A stretch of DNA of 64,000 nucleotides from Planctomycetota bacterium (GTDB lineage Bacteria; Planctomycetota; B15-G4; SIAN01): positions 32,001 to 96,000 of the forward strand of contig JANNXA010000050.1 of the NCBI GenBank assembly GCA_031409275.1, in the 5' to 3' direction. Numbering within the stretch: position 1 is the first letter of the stretch; each line of letters opens with the position of its first letter. The notes beneath the pieces were generated by a model. It was not told the DNA's origin, searched no databases, and saw nothing but the letters and a program-made list of their open reading frames with translations. This document shows positions 12,459 through 24,256 of this stretch, in pieces. The translations under genes and the position numbers were made by a program.

Positions 12459-13514
12459 ATGAGCCGCGCCCTGACCGACCGCCCTCGCAGCCTCTTCGCG
12501 CCGACGCTCGCCGATTTCACGGCGGCGGTCGCGGCGCAGGGCGGCAAGGCGGCGCACGCGCGCGAACTGCGCCGCGGCGTGCTGCGCCACGGCGGGAGGC
12601 CGCTGGCCGCGATCGAGGTGCGCCGCGTGGCGCTGCCGCACGGGCTGATCGAGCGGCTCGACGCGCAGGCGTGGCGCGCCACCGAATCGAGCGTCGCGCT
12701 GGCGGCGCCGTCGGGCGACGGCTCGACCAAGCTCGTCCTCGCGTTGGCCGATGGCAAGAGCGTCGAGGCGGTGGTGATGCCGGCCGAGAAGGGGCACTTC
12801 GCCGTCTGCATCTCGAGCCAGGTGGGCTGCCCGGTCGGCTGCCCCTTCTGCGCCAGCGGCATCGGCGGCCTGGTGCGCCACCTCGCGGCGCACGAGATCG
12901 TCGAGCAGGTGGTCCATGCGCGCGCGATCGCCGACGTGCGGCGCATCGTGGTCATGGGGATCGGCGAGCCGCTGCTCAACTTCGACGCGCTGCTGCCGGC
13001 GCTCGACGTGCTGGTGGCGGAGGGCGGCTTCGCGGAGCCGCGCATCGTCGTCTCGTCGGTCGGCTTCCCGGAACGGGTGCGTCGCCTCGCCGCGAGCGGT
13101 CGGCGCTTCGGCCTCGCCATCTCGCTCCACTCGATCGACGACGCGCAACGCGATCAGCTGGTGCCAGCGATGCGCGGCGTGAAGGTCGCCGAGGTGATCG
13201 CGGCCGCGGCCGCGTGGGCCGACGCAACCGGCGGCCGCATCCAATTCGAGTACGTGGTGCTGCGCGGCGTGAACGACGAGATCGCCGCCTGCGATGAGCT
13301 GGTGCGACAACTCAAGGGGCTGCCGGCCTACGTGAATTTCATCGCGTGGAACGACGTGCCCGGACTGCCCTTCACGCGCCCCGAAGACGAGCGTGTCGCC
13401 GTGATGGTGCGCCGTTGCCGCGATGGCGGCCTGCTGGCCACGCGGCGTCGAACCCTGGGCGGCGACGCGACGGCGGCGTGCGGTCAGCTGCGCCGCAGCC
13501 TCGGCGCGCGCTGA
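12459..13514 (+). CDS. rlmN: RlmN/Cfr-family radical SAM RNA methyltransferase
   Basis: SQVGCPVGCPFC (CxxxCxxC), MGIGEP, ISLH and C-terminal AACGQL. Confidence 0.85.
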   Translation: MSRALTDRPRSLFAPTLADFTAAVAAQGGKAAHARELRRGVLRHGGRPLAAIEVRRVALPHGLIERLDAQAWRATESSVALAAPSGDGSTKLVLALADGKSVEAVVMPAEKGHFAVCISSQVGCPVGCPFCASGIGGLVRHLAAHEIVEQVVHARAIADVRRIVVMGIGEPLLNFDALLPALDVLVAEGGFAEPRIVVSSVGFPERVRRLAASGRRFGLAISLHSIDDAQRDQLVPAMRGVKVAEVIAAAAAWADATGGRIQFEYVVLRGVNDEIAACDELVRQLKGLPAYVNFIAWNDVPGLPFTRPEDERVAVMVRRCRDGGLLATRRRTLGGDATAACGQLRRSLGAR

Positions 13515-13523
13515 GCGGCCGCG

Positions 13524-15764
13524 TCACGAACCGGCGGCGGGCGGTGGCGGCAACGTGAAGAGCGCGTCATCGAGCGCGACGTTCACCTCCGCTTGCTCGA
13601 ACTGGAGGATCATCTTGCCGATGTCGGGAGACTGCGACTCGCGGTGGAACGCGAGCTTCATGCCACCGACGTTGCGAACGTCGCTGAGGAGCGCGATGGG
13701 TAACGCGACCGGAAGCGCCGGGAACGCGACGCCGCCCTCGATCGCCACCGTACGGAAGTCCTTGGCCGACACGTAGAAGCCGGACGGGTTGCCGCCGGCG
13801 GTCGTCACCTTGACGGCGTAGCAACGTTCACCGAGCGCCACGCCGATCCCGCTGTTGAAGACGGTGCCTTGCAACTCGACTTCGTCGGCGACATCGAGCC
13901 AGGAGCCCGCCATCGCCAGCGGGTTGGCCAGCAGGTTGGCGGCGACCTCTTCCGCGTTCAGCTCCGGCTTGCTTCCGAGGTGCGCGGCGAAGGTGCCGCG
14001 GCCGCCGGCAACGATCAGCGTCGACTTGCCAAACGGCGAGGCGTCGAAGTCGATGCGCAGATCGTCGGGCCCGCGCGCCAGCAGGGTGTAGCGGCCGACG
14101 ACGCCCGCCTGCGGGTAGCGCATCGTGCCGGTCATGCGCAGCGTGCGAATCGCGGTCGCCGCGTCGCTGCCCACCGCGAGCGAGCGCTTCTCGAAGAACT
14201 CATCGAGCGTCAGGTCGGAGCTGGTCGTGGCCACGACGCTGTTCACCGCCTTCATCCGGCGGACGGCGTAGCCCTGCGTCAGCGTCAAGGCCAGCGCGTG
14301 CCCTTCACTGTCCTGCTGGATCGAGATCCACGAATCGGGCTCCTCCTTCAGCCAGCAGCGCCCTTGCGCATCGGGCCACCCCAACGTGTAGGCGGTCGTC
14401 GCCCACTGTCCGAGGCCCGGAGGAATCACCAGCACGAGGCGGCCGTTGATGACGACCAGTTGATTGTTGGGGCGTCCATCGATGCCGCCGGTGAAAGCGC
14501 CTTCGAGCTTCTCGCACGCTTCCTTGGTGAGCGGCGCCCCTTCGACCAGCGGACGGCGCTCCTTCCACGGGCCGAACAGTGCATCGAAGACCAGCGGGAA
14601 GATGCCCGACTGCAGTTGCGTCTGGCTCGTGTTCGACAGCATCACGAGGCCGCAGTCGCGATCGTGCAGCATCCCGACCGCCGTGGCGTAACCCGGCACG
14701 TTGCCGCCGTGCTCGATCACCCTGTGCTTGCCGCCGTCGGCGTCGCGCCACTCCTGGCCGTCGTCGGTGTGGAGGAACCAGCCGCGGCCGTAGGAGGGCT
14801 TGAGGTCGTCGTCATCGCTCCAGAGGTGGTCGATCTGCGCATCGCTGACCAGCCGCGAATCGCCCCACGCGCCGCGCTTCAGCAGGAAGCGCACCCACTG
14901 CGCCATGTCGACCACGTCACCGTAGATGCCGCCCGCCGCGGCCATGTTGTCGAGGTCGAGCCAGTCGACCGGGGTGAACGTCTGCTTCGCGGAATTCCAG
15001 TCGTAGCGCTTGGAGAGCAGCGGATCGGCGAACGCCACGTCCGCCGACGACGTGACGCGCTTCATCTCGAGCGGCTGGAAGATGCGCTCGGCCAGCAGTT
15101 CGTCGTAGCTCTTGCCGGTGACTTCGGCCGCGCACTCGCCGGCCAGCAGGAACATGGCGTTGTTGTATTGCCACGCCCCCTTGAAGGGCGTCTGCTTGTC
15201 GGTTCCGGCCAGCAGTTGCAGCAGCTCGCGGCGGGTCGCCGGCGTTCCGAGCCAGGCGACGTCGGTGCGCGTCAACCCGGTGCGATGCGAGAGGATGTCA
15301 TCCAGCGTCGCCTGCGCATCGATGTCCGAGTCCTTGAATCGGAAGTCGGGCAGCCACGTCGCCGGCCGCGCCTTCCAATCGAGCTTGCCCTCGTCGACCA
15401 GCATCGCGCACAGCATCGACGTGAACGCCTTGCTGGCCGAGCCGATGGCGTAGCGCGTGCGCTCGGTCGCGGCGACCTTCGCCTCGCGATCCGCGAGCCC
15501 GAAACCGCGCGCGAAGATCAGCTGATCGCCCTTCACGATCGCGAGCGAGAGGCCGCTGATGTGGAGCATCTCGCACCGCGCGTCGAGATCCTCGCTCAGT
15601 CGCGACAGCCGCATCTCGAGCGTCGGCTCGTCTCCAACCGGCGCGGCCAGCGGGGCCGACGCGACCGCGGCGAACCATGGCAAAGCGAAGGCAGCGATCA
15701 CGCGAAGGCTCCGTGGCGGGAAGAAATTGGCCCTGGCTGCAGATGCCGCGGTTGGACGCAACAC
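13524..15764 (-). CDS. Exported serine hydrolase, class C beta-lactamase-like, with C-terminal extension
   Basis: SxxK (GSASK), YxN (YNN), HGG, LSHRTG and a signal-like N-terminus. Confidence 0.88.
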   Translation of the reverse strand: MLRPTAASAARANFFPPRSLRVIAAFALPWFAAVASAPLAAPVGDEPTLEMRLSRLSEDLDARCEMLHISGLSLAIVKGDQLIFARGFGLADREAKVAATERTRYAIGSASKAFTSMLCAMLVDEGKLDWKARPATWLPDFRFKDSDIDAQATLDDILSHRTGLTRTDVAWLGTPATRRELLQLLAGTDKQTPFKGAWQYNNAMFLLAGECAAEVTGKSYDELLAERIFQPLEMKRVTSSADVAFADPLLSKRYDWNSAKQTFTPVDWLDLDNMAAAGGIYGDVVDMAQWVRFLLKRGAWGDSRLVSDAQIDHLWSDDDDLKPSYGRGWFLHTDDGQEWRDADGGKHRVIEHGGNVPGYATAVGMLHDRDCGLVMLSNTSQTQLQSGIFPLVFDALFGPWKERRPLVEGAPLTKEACEKLEGAFTGGIDGRPNNQLVVINGRLVLVIPPGLGQWATTAYTLGWPDAQGRCWLKEEPDSWISIQQDSEGHALALTLTQGYAVRRMKAVNSVVATTSSDLTLDEFFEKRSLAVGSDAATAIRTLRMTGTMRYPQAGVVGRYTLLARGPDDLRIDFDASPFGKSTLIVAGGRGTFAAHLGSKPELNAEEVAANLLANPLAMAGSWLDVADEVELQGTVFNSGIGVALGERCYAVKVTTAGGNPSGFYVSAKDFRTVAIEGGVAFPALPVALPIALLSDVRNVGGMKLAFHRESQSPDIGKMILQFEQAEVNVALDDALFTLPPPPAAGS

Positions 15765-15822
15765 GGTACGACGGGGACCTCGATCCGTTGCGGCGACGGA
15801 CTCTCAGCGGATCGTCTGCCCC

Positions 15823-16617
15823 TCACCGCGGCACGTCGAGCGCGCGCAGCTGCTCCAACGCGACTTCGCCGTGGAGCCGCTTGCGCCAGTTCTCGGTGAG
15901 GAAGGTCCCGCCGAGGTGGCCGGCGCGATCGAAGAAGAGGATCGCCGGCCGCGCGAGGTCGCCGCCGCGATGGACGTCGGCGCCGGCATGGCGCAACCCG
16001 AACTCATCCACCAGCTTCAACTCAGGATCGGAGAGCAGCAGGAAGGTGATCCCCTCCTGCTTCGCCAACGCGGCAAGTTCGCCCGGCGAGTCCTTGGAGA
16101 CGACGACGACCGTGCCGCCTTCCGCCTCGATCGCGGCGAGAGAGAGCTGCAACACGCGCAGCTCGCGCACGCAGAAGGGTCACCAGAAGCCGCGAACGAA
16201 CGCCAGCACCACCTTCCGGCCGGCGAGGCGGCCGCTGCGCTGCTCCTCCGCGAGATCGAAGGTCGAGCCGTCGGCGGCGGTGCAAGCGATCGCGGGCAGC
16301 GAGCGGCCCGTCACGAGCTTCGCCGCGACGGCGGGCGGCAGCGCATAGGTCGCATCGCGAGTGAAGAGGAAGAAGAGGCCTGTCACTCCCGCGGCGAGCG
16401 TGAGGCAGAGGCCGGCGATGAAGCGATCGGCGCGCAGCGCGCCGGCCGGCGGCCTCAACACCGCGTGCGTGGCCACGGCGAGGCCGACCAGCTGCATCAC
16501 CCACAGCGGCAGGTCGTGCTCGCCGAAGCCTGGGTTCTTCGCCCACCAGCTGAAGTAGCCGAACGTCGCGAGCGCACAGAGCGCAACACCGAAGAGAGCG
16601 CGACCGGTCGCCTTCAT
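15823..16617 (-). CDS. Membrane-anchored AhpC/TSA-redoxin-family selenoprotein (UxxC), 264 aa with Sec at codon 146
   Basis: The two track ORFs are in frame and joined by TGG TGA CCC TTC TGC (FVRGFW-U-PFC). The fold continues on both sides (VSKD, LLSDP, ARPAILFFD), and a hairpin follows the TGA. Confidence 0.85.
16144..16164 (-). promoter_or_regulatory. Candidate bacterial SECIS hairpin
   Basis: GAGCTGC-GCGTGTT-GCAGCTC forms a perfect 7-bp stem starting 15 nt 3' of the TGA at 16180-16182, with a GU-containing loop. Confidence 0.65.
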
Positions 16618-16627
16618 CGACGGCGGC

Positions 16628-18044
<1,417 letters not shown>

Positions 18045-18052
<8 letters not shown>

Positions 18053-19295
18053 GGTGGCGTTCCTTGCTGACGGTCGGAGGGGCGCCAAGGACCGCATCGC
18101 GCTGCTCGCGCAACTGCGGCGTCATCTCGGCGAAGACGTCGGTGAAGAGCGATTCGAGCGGCGGCTCCTGCCCCGCTTCGGCCGCGCGGATCCCATCCGA
18201 GATCGTCGACTGCAGCTCTTCCTCGATCGCCTCTTCCTTCTCCTTGGTGAGGAGGCCGAGCGCGTGGAGGTGCTTGCGCAGTCGATCGATCGGGTCCTGC
18301 GCTTCCCACTTCTCGACTTCGCAGGCGTCGCGATAGCGGGTCGGATCGTCGGAGGAGGAGTGGCCGAGGCGTCGGTAGGTCAGCGCCTCGATCAGCGTCG
18401 GCCCGCCGCCGCTGCGCGCGCGCTCGACCGCTTTCCTGGTCACGGCCAGCACGGCGAGCACGTCGTTGCCGTCGACGCGCACGCCCGGCATGCCGTAGGC
18501 CGAGGCCTTCGCGGCGATCGAACGGGCCGCGGTCTGCTTGCTGACCGGCACCGAGATCGCCCACTGGTTGTTCTGGCAGAAGAAGACGACCGGCGCCTTG
18601 CGCACGCCGGCGAGGTTGAGCGCGCAGTGGAAGTCATGCTCCGAGGTCGCGCCGTCGCCGAGGTAGCCCATCGCGACGATCGGATCCTTCTTCAGCTGCG
18701 CCGCCATGGCGACGCCGACGGCGTGCATCAGCTGCGTCGCGATGACGCTCGACATGGAAATGAAGTTGGCCGCGCGGAAGCTGTGGTGGCAGGGCATCTG
18801 GCGCCCCTGGCTCACTTCGCTGCCCTTGCCCATGCACTGCGCGATCAGCCGCTCGATCGGCAATCCGCGCCACAGCGCGACGCCCGCCTCGCGCAACGCC
18901 GGCGCCACCCAATCGCGCGCTTCGAGCGCCGCGGCGCTGCCGATGATCGCCGCCTCCTGACCGGTGCACTGGCCGAAGAAGCCGATGCGCCCTTGGCGCT
19001 GCAGGTTCAGCATGCGGCCATCGAGCGCACGGATGCGCAGCATGCCGCGGAAGAGTTCGATCATCTGCTCGGGAGGAACGGACGAACCGCCGGGACCGCC
19101 GACCCACTCGCCATCGGGCGCGAGCAGGCGCAGCGGCGTGTCATCGACCGCGGCGGCGCTCGCGGGCGGCGCTTCGGCGGCGATCGGCGAGCGATCGATC
19201 ACGGGGCCGCCATCGCCACCGTCGCCGGGGTCGTGGCGGCCCGTATCGGACACCGTCTTCTTGGGGTTGCGGCCGCTCACGATCGGCTCGTTCAC
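18045..19295 (-). CDS. 2-oxoacid dehydrogenase E1 alpha subunit, second copy
   Basis: LQRQGRIGF, TPP motif GDGATSE...NN, VDGND and GHSSSDD. Confidence 0.93.
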
Positions 19296-20638
19296 AGCGT
19301 GCCGAGCAGGAGGCGGCGCGGATCTTCGAGCAGCGCGAGGATCTCGTTCATGAAGCGCGCGCCGTCAGCTCCGTCGACGATGCGATGGTCGATCGAGACC
19401 GACAGGTTCATCATCTTGCGGATGACGATCGAGCCGTTCCGAACCATCGCGCGATCGGCGATCTTGTGGACGCCGAGGATCGCCACTTCGGGGAAGTTGA
19501 TCACCGGAGTCGCGAGGATGCCGCCGATGTTGCCGGCGTTGGTGATGGTGAAGGTCGAGCCGGTCACTTCGTCGAGCGTGAGCTTGCCTTCACGAGCGCG
19601 TCCGGCGAGGTCCTGCAGCGCGGCGCCGAGGTTCAGCAGCGAGCGCTGACCGGCGTCCTTGATGACCGGCACCACGAGCCCCTGATCCGTGTCGCAGGCG
19701 AAGCCGATGTGGTGGTAGTGCTTGACGACGATTTCCTGGCGCTCTTCGTCGAGCGTCGAGTTCAGCATCGGGAACTTGCGCAGCGCCGCGATGGTCGCCT
19801 GCACGATGAAGGGCATGTAGGTCAGCTTGACGCCGTGCTCGAGCGCGGAGGCCTTCAGCGACTCGCGCGTCTCGACCAACTGCGTCACGTCGCACTCATC
19901 GACGTAGGTGAAGTGCGCCGCGGTGCGCTTGCTCTTCTGCATGCGCTCGAGGATCTTCTTGCGGATGCCTCGCAGCGGCAGGCGCTCCTCGACGGCGGCG
20001 CCAGCGACCGGCGCTGGCGCGCGCGGCGGCGCGGCGCTCTTCGTCGACGCGGCAGCAGGTGCAGCAGCGGACGCCGCCAAAGGCGTGGCGATCGGAGCGG
20101 CGGCGACGGCGGCGATCGGTGCGACCACCGGCGCGCTGCGAGTCCGCGTGAAGGTCTCGAGGTCGGCGCGCGAGACGCGGCCGGCCGGGCCGCTGCCCGG
20201 AACGCTGCGCAGGTCGACGCCAAGCTCGCGCGCGCGGCGACGTACCGCCGGAGCGGCGAGCACGCGCCCGGCAATCAACTGCGCGACCGCGCCGTGGCCG
20301 TTGCTGGCCGCCTGCGCCGCGACGGGCGCGGCCGCTGCGCTGACGGCGGAAGCGGCGGCAGGAGCGGCGGCTTTGCCGTGCGCGCCCACCGGCGCCGCGA
20401 CCTGGGTCGCGATGACGGCGATCACCGTTCCGATCGGGACCGTCGTGCCGGCCGCGACCTTGAGCGACTTGATCGCTCCGCTCACCGGCGCCGTGATCTC
20501 GACGGTCGCCTTGTCGGTCATCACTTCGACGAAGGGGTCGTTCTCCTTCACCGACTGTCCTTCCTGGACCAGCCAGCGCGTGATCTCGCCCTCCGCGAGC
20601 CCTTCGCCGATGTCAGGAAGCTTGAACTCGTAATCCAC
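19292..20638 (-). CDS. Dihydrolipoamide acyltransferase (E2)
   Basis: Lipoyl domain (LPDIGEG, TDKA), E3-binding domain (AAPAVRRRARELG) and catalytic DHRIVDG. Confidence 0.96.
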   Translation of the reverse strand: MDYEFKLPDIGEGLAEGEITRWLVQEGQSVKENDPFVEVMTDKATVEITAPVSGAIKSLKVAAGTTVPIGTVIAVIATQVAAPVGAHGKAAAPAAASAVSAAAAPVAAQAASNGHGAVAQLIAGRVLAAPAVRRRARELGVDLRSVPGSGPAGRVSRADLETFTRTRSAPVVAPIAAVAAAPIATPLAASAAAPAAASTKSAAPPRAPAPVAGAAVEERLPLRGIRKKILERMQKSKRTAAHFTYVDECDVTQLVETRESLKASALEHGVKLTYMPFIVQATIAALRKFPMLNSTLDEERQEIVVKHYHHIGFACDTDQGLVVPVIKDAGQRSLLNLGAALQDLAGRAREGKLTLDEVTGSTFTITNAGNIGGILATPVINFPEVAILGVHKIADRAMVRNGSIVIRKMMNLSVSIDHRIVDGADGARFMNEILALLEDPRRLLLGTL

Positions 20639-20700
20639 GGCAGTCGCTCCATTGCAGGACCGCAGGCGCGCGCGGTCCGATTTCAGATTTCAGAGGTCGA

Positions 20701-21675
20701 TCAGAAGCGGACCACCTTCAGCACCGCCTCGCGGATGCGTCCCGGCTCCGGCAGATAGACGCTTTCGAGCGTGTAGGGGAACGGGGTGTCGAAGCCGGCG
20801 ACCCGCACGATCGGAGCCTCGAGCCACTCGATCGCCTTCTCGGCGAGGATCGCGCTGATCTCGCCGCCGAAGCCGCCGGTCTTCGGCGCCTCGTAGACGA
20901 TGACCGCGCGCCCTGTCTTCTTCACCGATTCGAGGATCGTCTCCTCATCGAGCGGCACGAGCGTGCGCACGTCGATGATTTCGCACTCGATGCCCTCTTC
21001 GGCGCACTTGGCCGCCGCCTTCTCGCACATGCCGACCATGCCGCCCCACGCGATCAGCGTGACGTCCTTGCCGGGCCGCACGAGGCGCGCCTTGCCGAGT
21101 TCGACGACGTACTCGCCCGCGGCGACCTCCTCTTTCAAGGTGCGATAGACCAGCTTCGGTTCCATGAAGAGGACCGGGTCGGGATCGCGGATCGACGCGA
21201 GCAGCAGCCCCTTCGCATCCGACGGCGTCGACGGCACGACGACCTTCAAGCCGGGAGTGTGGGCGAAGTAGGCCTCGGGGCTCTGCGAGTGGTAGTGGCC
21301 GCCGCGAATGCCGCCGCCGATGGGCGTGCGAATCGTCATCGGGACGGTGTACTCGCCGCCCGAGCGGTAGCGCATCTTCGCCGCCTCCGACACGATCTGG
21401 TCGAAGGCGGGATAGATGAAGTCGCCGAACTGGATCTCGGCGATCGGCACGAGGCCGTAGAGCGCCATGCCGATGGCGGCGCCGACGATCCCCGACTCGG
21501 CGAGCGGCGTGTCCATCACGCGGTCGCCGCCGAACTCCTTCCAAAGTCCGGCCGAGCAGCCGAAGACGCCGCCCTTGATGCCGACGTCTTCGCCGAGCAG
21601 CACCACGCGCGGATCACGGCGCATCTCGACGCGCAGCGCGTCGTTGATCGCCTCCACCATCGTCATCACGGCCAT
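20701..21675 (-). CDS. 2-oxoacid dehydrogenase E1 beta subunit
   Basis: GEDVG, DTPLAESG, EIQF and HSQSPE. Confidence 0.96.
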   Translation of the reverse strand: MAVMTMVEAINDALRVEMRRDPRVVLLGEDVGIKGGVFGCSAGLWKEFGGDRVMDTPLAESGIVGAAIGMALYGLVPIAEIQFGDFIYPAFDQIVSEAAKMRYRSGGEYTVPMTIRTPIGGGIRGGHYHSQSPEAYFAHTPGLKVVVPSTPSDAKGLLLASIRDPDPVLFMEPKLVYRTLKEEVAAGEYVVELGKARLVRPGKDVTLIAWGGMVGMCEKAAAKCAEEGIECEIIDVRTLVPLDEETILESVKKTGRAVIVYEAPKTGGFGGEISAILAEKAIEWLEAPIVRVAGFDTPFPYTLESVYLPEPGRIREAVLKVVRF

Positions 21676-21757
21676 CTTCGTTCGCTCCTGCCATCTGCGG
21701 TCGCGTTCGCCGCGCCCCGCCTCGACTCACCGTTGATCGCGATCCACGATCCGTCCG

Positions 21758-22873
21758 TCAGAGCGGGAACTCGCCGTGATGGCCCTTGCTCATCACGCCG
21801 CGCTGCAGCGCATCCTTCAGCTCTTCCCACTGCGCCTCGAGCTGTTGCGAGCGCTTGGCGAAGACGTCGTCGAACATCGTCGAGACGGCCGGCGGACCGA
21901 CCTTCTCCGCGGCCTCGATCGCGGCCTGCAGTTCCGCCTCGCCGCGCGCGCGGATCTCCTGCTCCTGCGCGGGCGAGAGCATCTTCTGCTGCTCGAGCCA
22001 CGCCTTGAAGCGGTCGATCGGATCGCGCTTCTTCCAGACCTCGCACACCTTCGGGTCGCGGTAGCGCGAAGGATCGTCGGAGGAAGAGTGGCCGCCCATG
22101 CGGAAGGTCACCGTCTCGATCAGCGTCGGGCCCTGGCCGGCGCGCGCGCGCTCGACCGCCTGCTTGGTTGCGGCGTAGACGGCGAGGACGTCATTGCCGT
22201 CGACGCGCACGCCCGGCATCCCGTACGCCTCCGCCTTCGCGGCCATCGTCGCCGACGCGGTCTGCCCTTCGAGCGGCACCGAGATCGCCCAGCCGTTGTT
22301 CTCGCAGACGAAGATGCACGGAGCGGCGTAGACGCCGGCGAAGTTCATGCCGGTGTGGAAGTCGTTCGAGGAGGTCGAGCCATCACCGAAGTAGGTGATC
22401 GCGACGTGCGGCTCCTTGCGGATCTTCATCGCCATCGCCGCGCCGACCGCCTGGATGATCTGCGTGCCGATCGGCGAGGAGATGCTGACGAAGTTCTTCT
22501 TCTTGTAGCTGTAGTGCACCGGCATCTGGCGGCCGCGCGTGTTGTCGGCGGCGTTGCCGTAGCACTGGTGCATCATCTCGGCGACCGAGACACCGCGCAG
22601 CAGGGCGATGCCGGGATCGCGGTAGGACGGGAAGACCCAGTCGGCGGCTTCGAGCGCCGCGGCCGAGCCGATGTGCGACGCCTCCTGGCCCAGCGCCGGA
22701 ACGTAGAAGCCGATGCGTCCCTGCCGCTGCAGCTTCATCGCCCGCTCGTCGAGCTGGCGCGTCAGCACCATCACTCGATAGATCTCGAGCAACTGCTCCT
22801 TCTTCAACGCGGGCGCGGCGTGGTTCGCGGCCGTGCCGCTCTCGGCCATGACCTGGACCAACTCGAGGGTCAT
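21758..22873 (-). CDS. 2-oxoacid dehydrogenase E1 alpha subunit, first copy
   Basis: LQRQGRIGFY, GRQMPVHY, GDGSTS...ENN and GHSSSDD. Confidence 0.95.
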   Translation of the reverse strand: MTLELVQVMAESGTAANHAAPALKKEQLLEIYRVMVLTRQLDERAMKLQRQGRIGFYVPALGQEASHIGSAAALEAADWVFPSYRDPGIALLRGVSVAEMMHQCYGNAADNTRGRQMPVHYSYKKKNFVSISSPIGTQIIQAVGAAMAMKIRKEPHVAITYFGDGSTSSNDFHTGMNFAGVYAAPCIFVCENNGWAISVPLEGQTASATMAAKAEAYGMPGVRVDGNDVLAVYAATKQAVERARAGQGPTLIETVTFRMGGHSSSDDPSRYRDPKVCEVWKKRDPIDRFKAWLEQQKMLSPAQEQEIRARGEAELQAAIEAAEKVGPPAVSTMFDDVFAKRSQQLEAQWEELKDALQRGVMSKGHHGEFPL

Positions 22874-23841
22874 GCAGACGCTCCTGGAACTTGCGTCGAA
22901 GGGGCGGAAACGGGCACGGGCTGGCCGAGGACCGGCAGCAGCGCACCGCGCGCGCGAAGATGCGATTCAGCAAACAGCTCGCCCGCTTTGTACGAACTGC
23001 GAACGAACGGTCCGGAGGCGACGTGGAGGAACCCGCAGCTCAACGCGAGCTGGCCGAGCACCTCGAAACGGTCCGGCGGCACGAACTCGACGACCGCGCG
23101 ATGCTTCTCGCTCGGTCGCAAGTATTGGCCGAGGGTGAGCAGATCGACGCCGACGGCGCGCAGGTCGCGGAACGTCGCGACGAGTTCGTCCTCGCGTTCG
23201 CCGTGACCGATCATGATCGACGACTTGGTCAGCGCGGCGGGCTGCAGCTCCTTCAGCCGTCGCAGCACCTGCAGCGACTGGTCGTAGCCAGCGCGCGGAT
23301 CGCGGACCGAAGGGGTCAGTCGACGCACCGTCTCGACGTTGTGCGCGAGGACATCGGCACCGCAACCCGCAATCGTCGCGAGCGCGGCCTCGTCGGCCCG
23401 GAAATCAGGGATCAGCGTTTCGACCAGCAGGCCCGGCACATGCGTTTTCACGTGCGCCACCGTGGCCGCGAAGTGACCGGCGCCCTGGTCGGGCAGGTCG
23501 TCGCGATCGACCGACGTCAGGACGATGTAGCGCAACGCCATCTGCTGCACCGCTTCGAGGACCTTCTGCGGCTCCTCGACATCGACCGGTTCGCCGCGCC
23601 GCGCCGTCTTCACCGAGCAGAAGGAGCAGCCGCGCGTGCAGAGTTCGCCGAGCAACATGAACGTGGCGGTGCCGCCGCTCCAGCACTCGGAAAGGTTGGG
23701 GCAGCGCGCCTCTTCGCAGACGGTGGTCAGGCGCAACCCCTCGACCAGCGAACGGAGCTTCCGGTAGCGCTCGCCGGTGGGCGGGCGGATCTTCAACCAC
23801 TCCGGCAGCGTCGCGTGAGTCGCCAGGAATTCCTCGCCCAA
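22870..23841 (-). CDS. lipA: Lipoyl synthase
   Basis: CEEARCPNLSEC, CTRGCSFC, HNVETV, GQYL and RSSY. Start uncertain (TTG 23841 or CTG 23826). Confidence 0.95.
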   Translation of the reverse strand: MGEEFLATHATLPEWLKIRPPTGERYRKLRSLVEGLRLTTVCEEARCPNLSECWSGGTATFMLLGELCTRGCSFCSVKTARRGEPVDVEEPQKVLEAVQQMALRYIVLTSVDRDDLPDQGAGHFAATVAHVKTHVPGLLVETLIPDFRADEAALATIAGCGADVLAHNVETVRRLTPSVRDPRAGYDQSLQVLRRLKELQPAALTKSSIMIGHGEREDELVATFRDLRAVGVDLLTLGQYLRPSEKHRAVVEFVPPDRFEVLGQLALSCGFLHVASGPFVRSSYKAGELFAESHLRARGALLPVLGQPVPVSAPSTQVPGASA

Positions 23842-24256
23842 CCCCCGGCCGCAGCACGCCCTTCGATCGGGGCGCCGGAAAACCGCGTCGTTCTTCCAGA
23901 AAGTGTTATCCAGCAACCACTTACGTAAATGCTGGAAGGGCGCGGCAGTTTACCGACCGAGCCCCGGGATTCAAGGTGAGCGCGGCCACCGCCAGCCCGC
24001 TCCGAGGCGGCACGGTAACCCCTCGAGGGAGCGATCCGCGCGCTCCGCCATTCCGAGATGCGCAAAGCCGCACAATCAGGGTCGCGTGAACCCTTGACGC
24101 CGCGGGCCCTCCCCGGGGGAAGTTCCGTTCCAGGAACCGCTCGCGAAACCTCCAATCGGTGGTACGGCATTCGTACAGCAGTTCACGCGTCGGCTTGGCG
24201 CCGACCCGGGGGATTGGAAAGAAGACGAGGAGTGGAAGGAAGACGGGGAGAACGCC

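Noticed and set aside
16180..16182. Genome-wide UGA reassignment to Trp or Gly as the explanation of in-frame TGAs
   Set aside because: TGA ends many conserved genes at their expected C-termini (E1-beta, E2, rlmN, purE) and Trp is encoded by TGG.
20680..20694. Short TTTCAGA direct repeat between E1-beta and E2
   Set aside because: Only two copies, so not an array.
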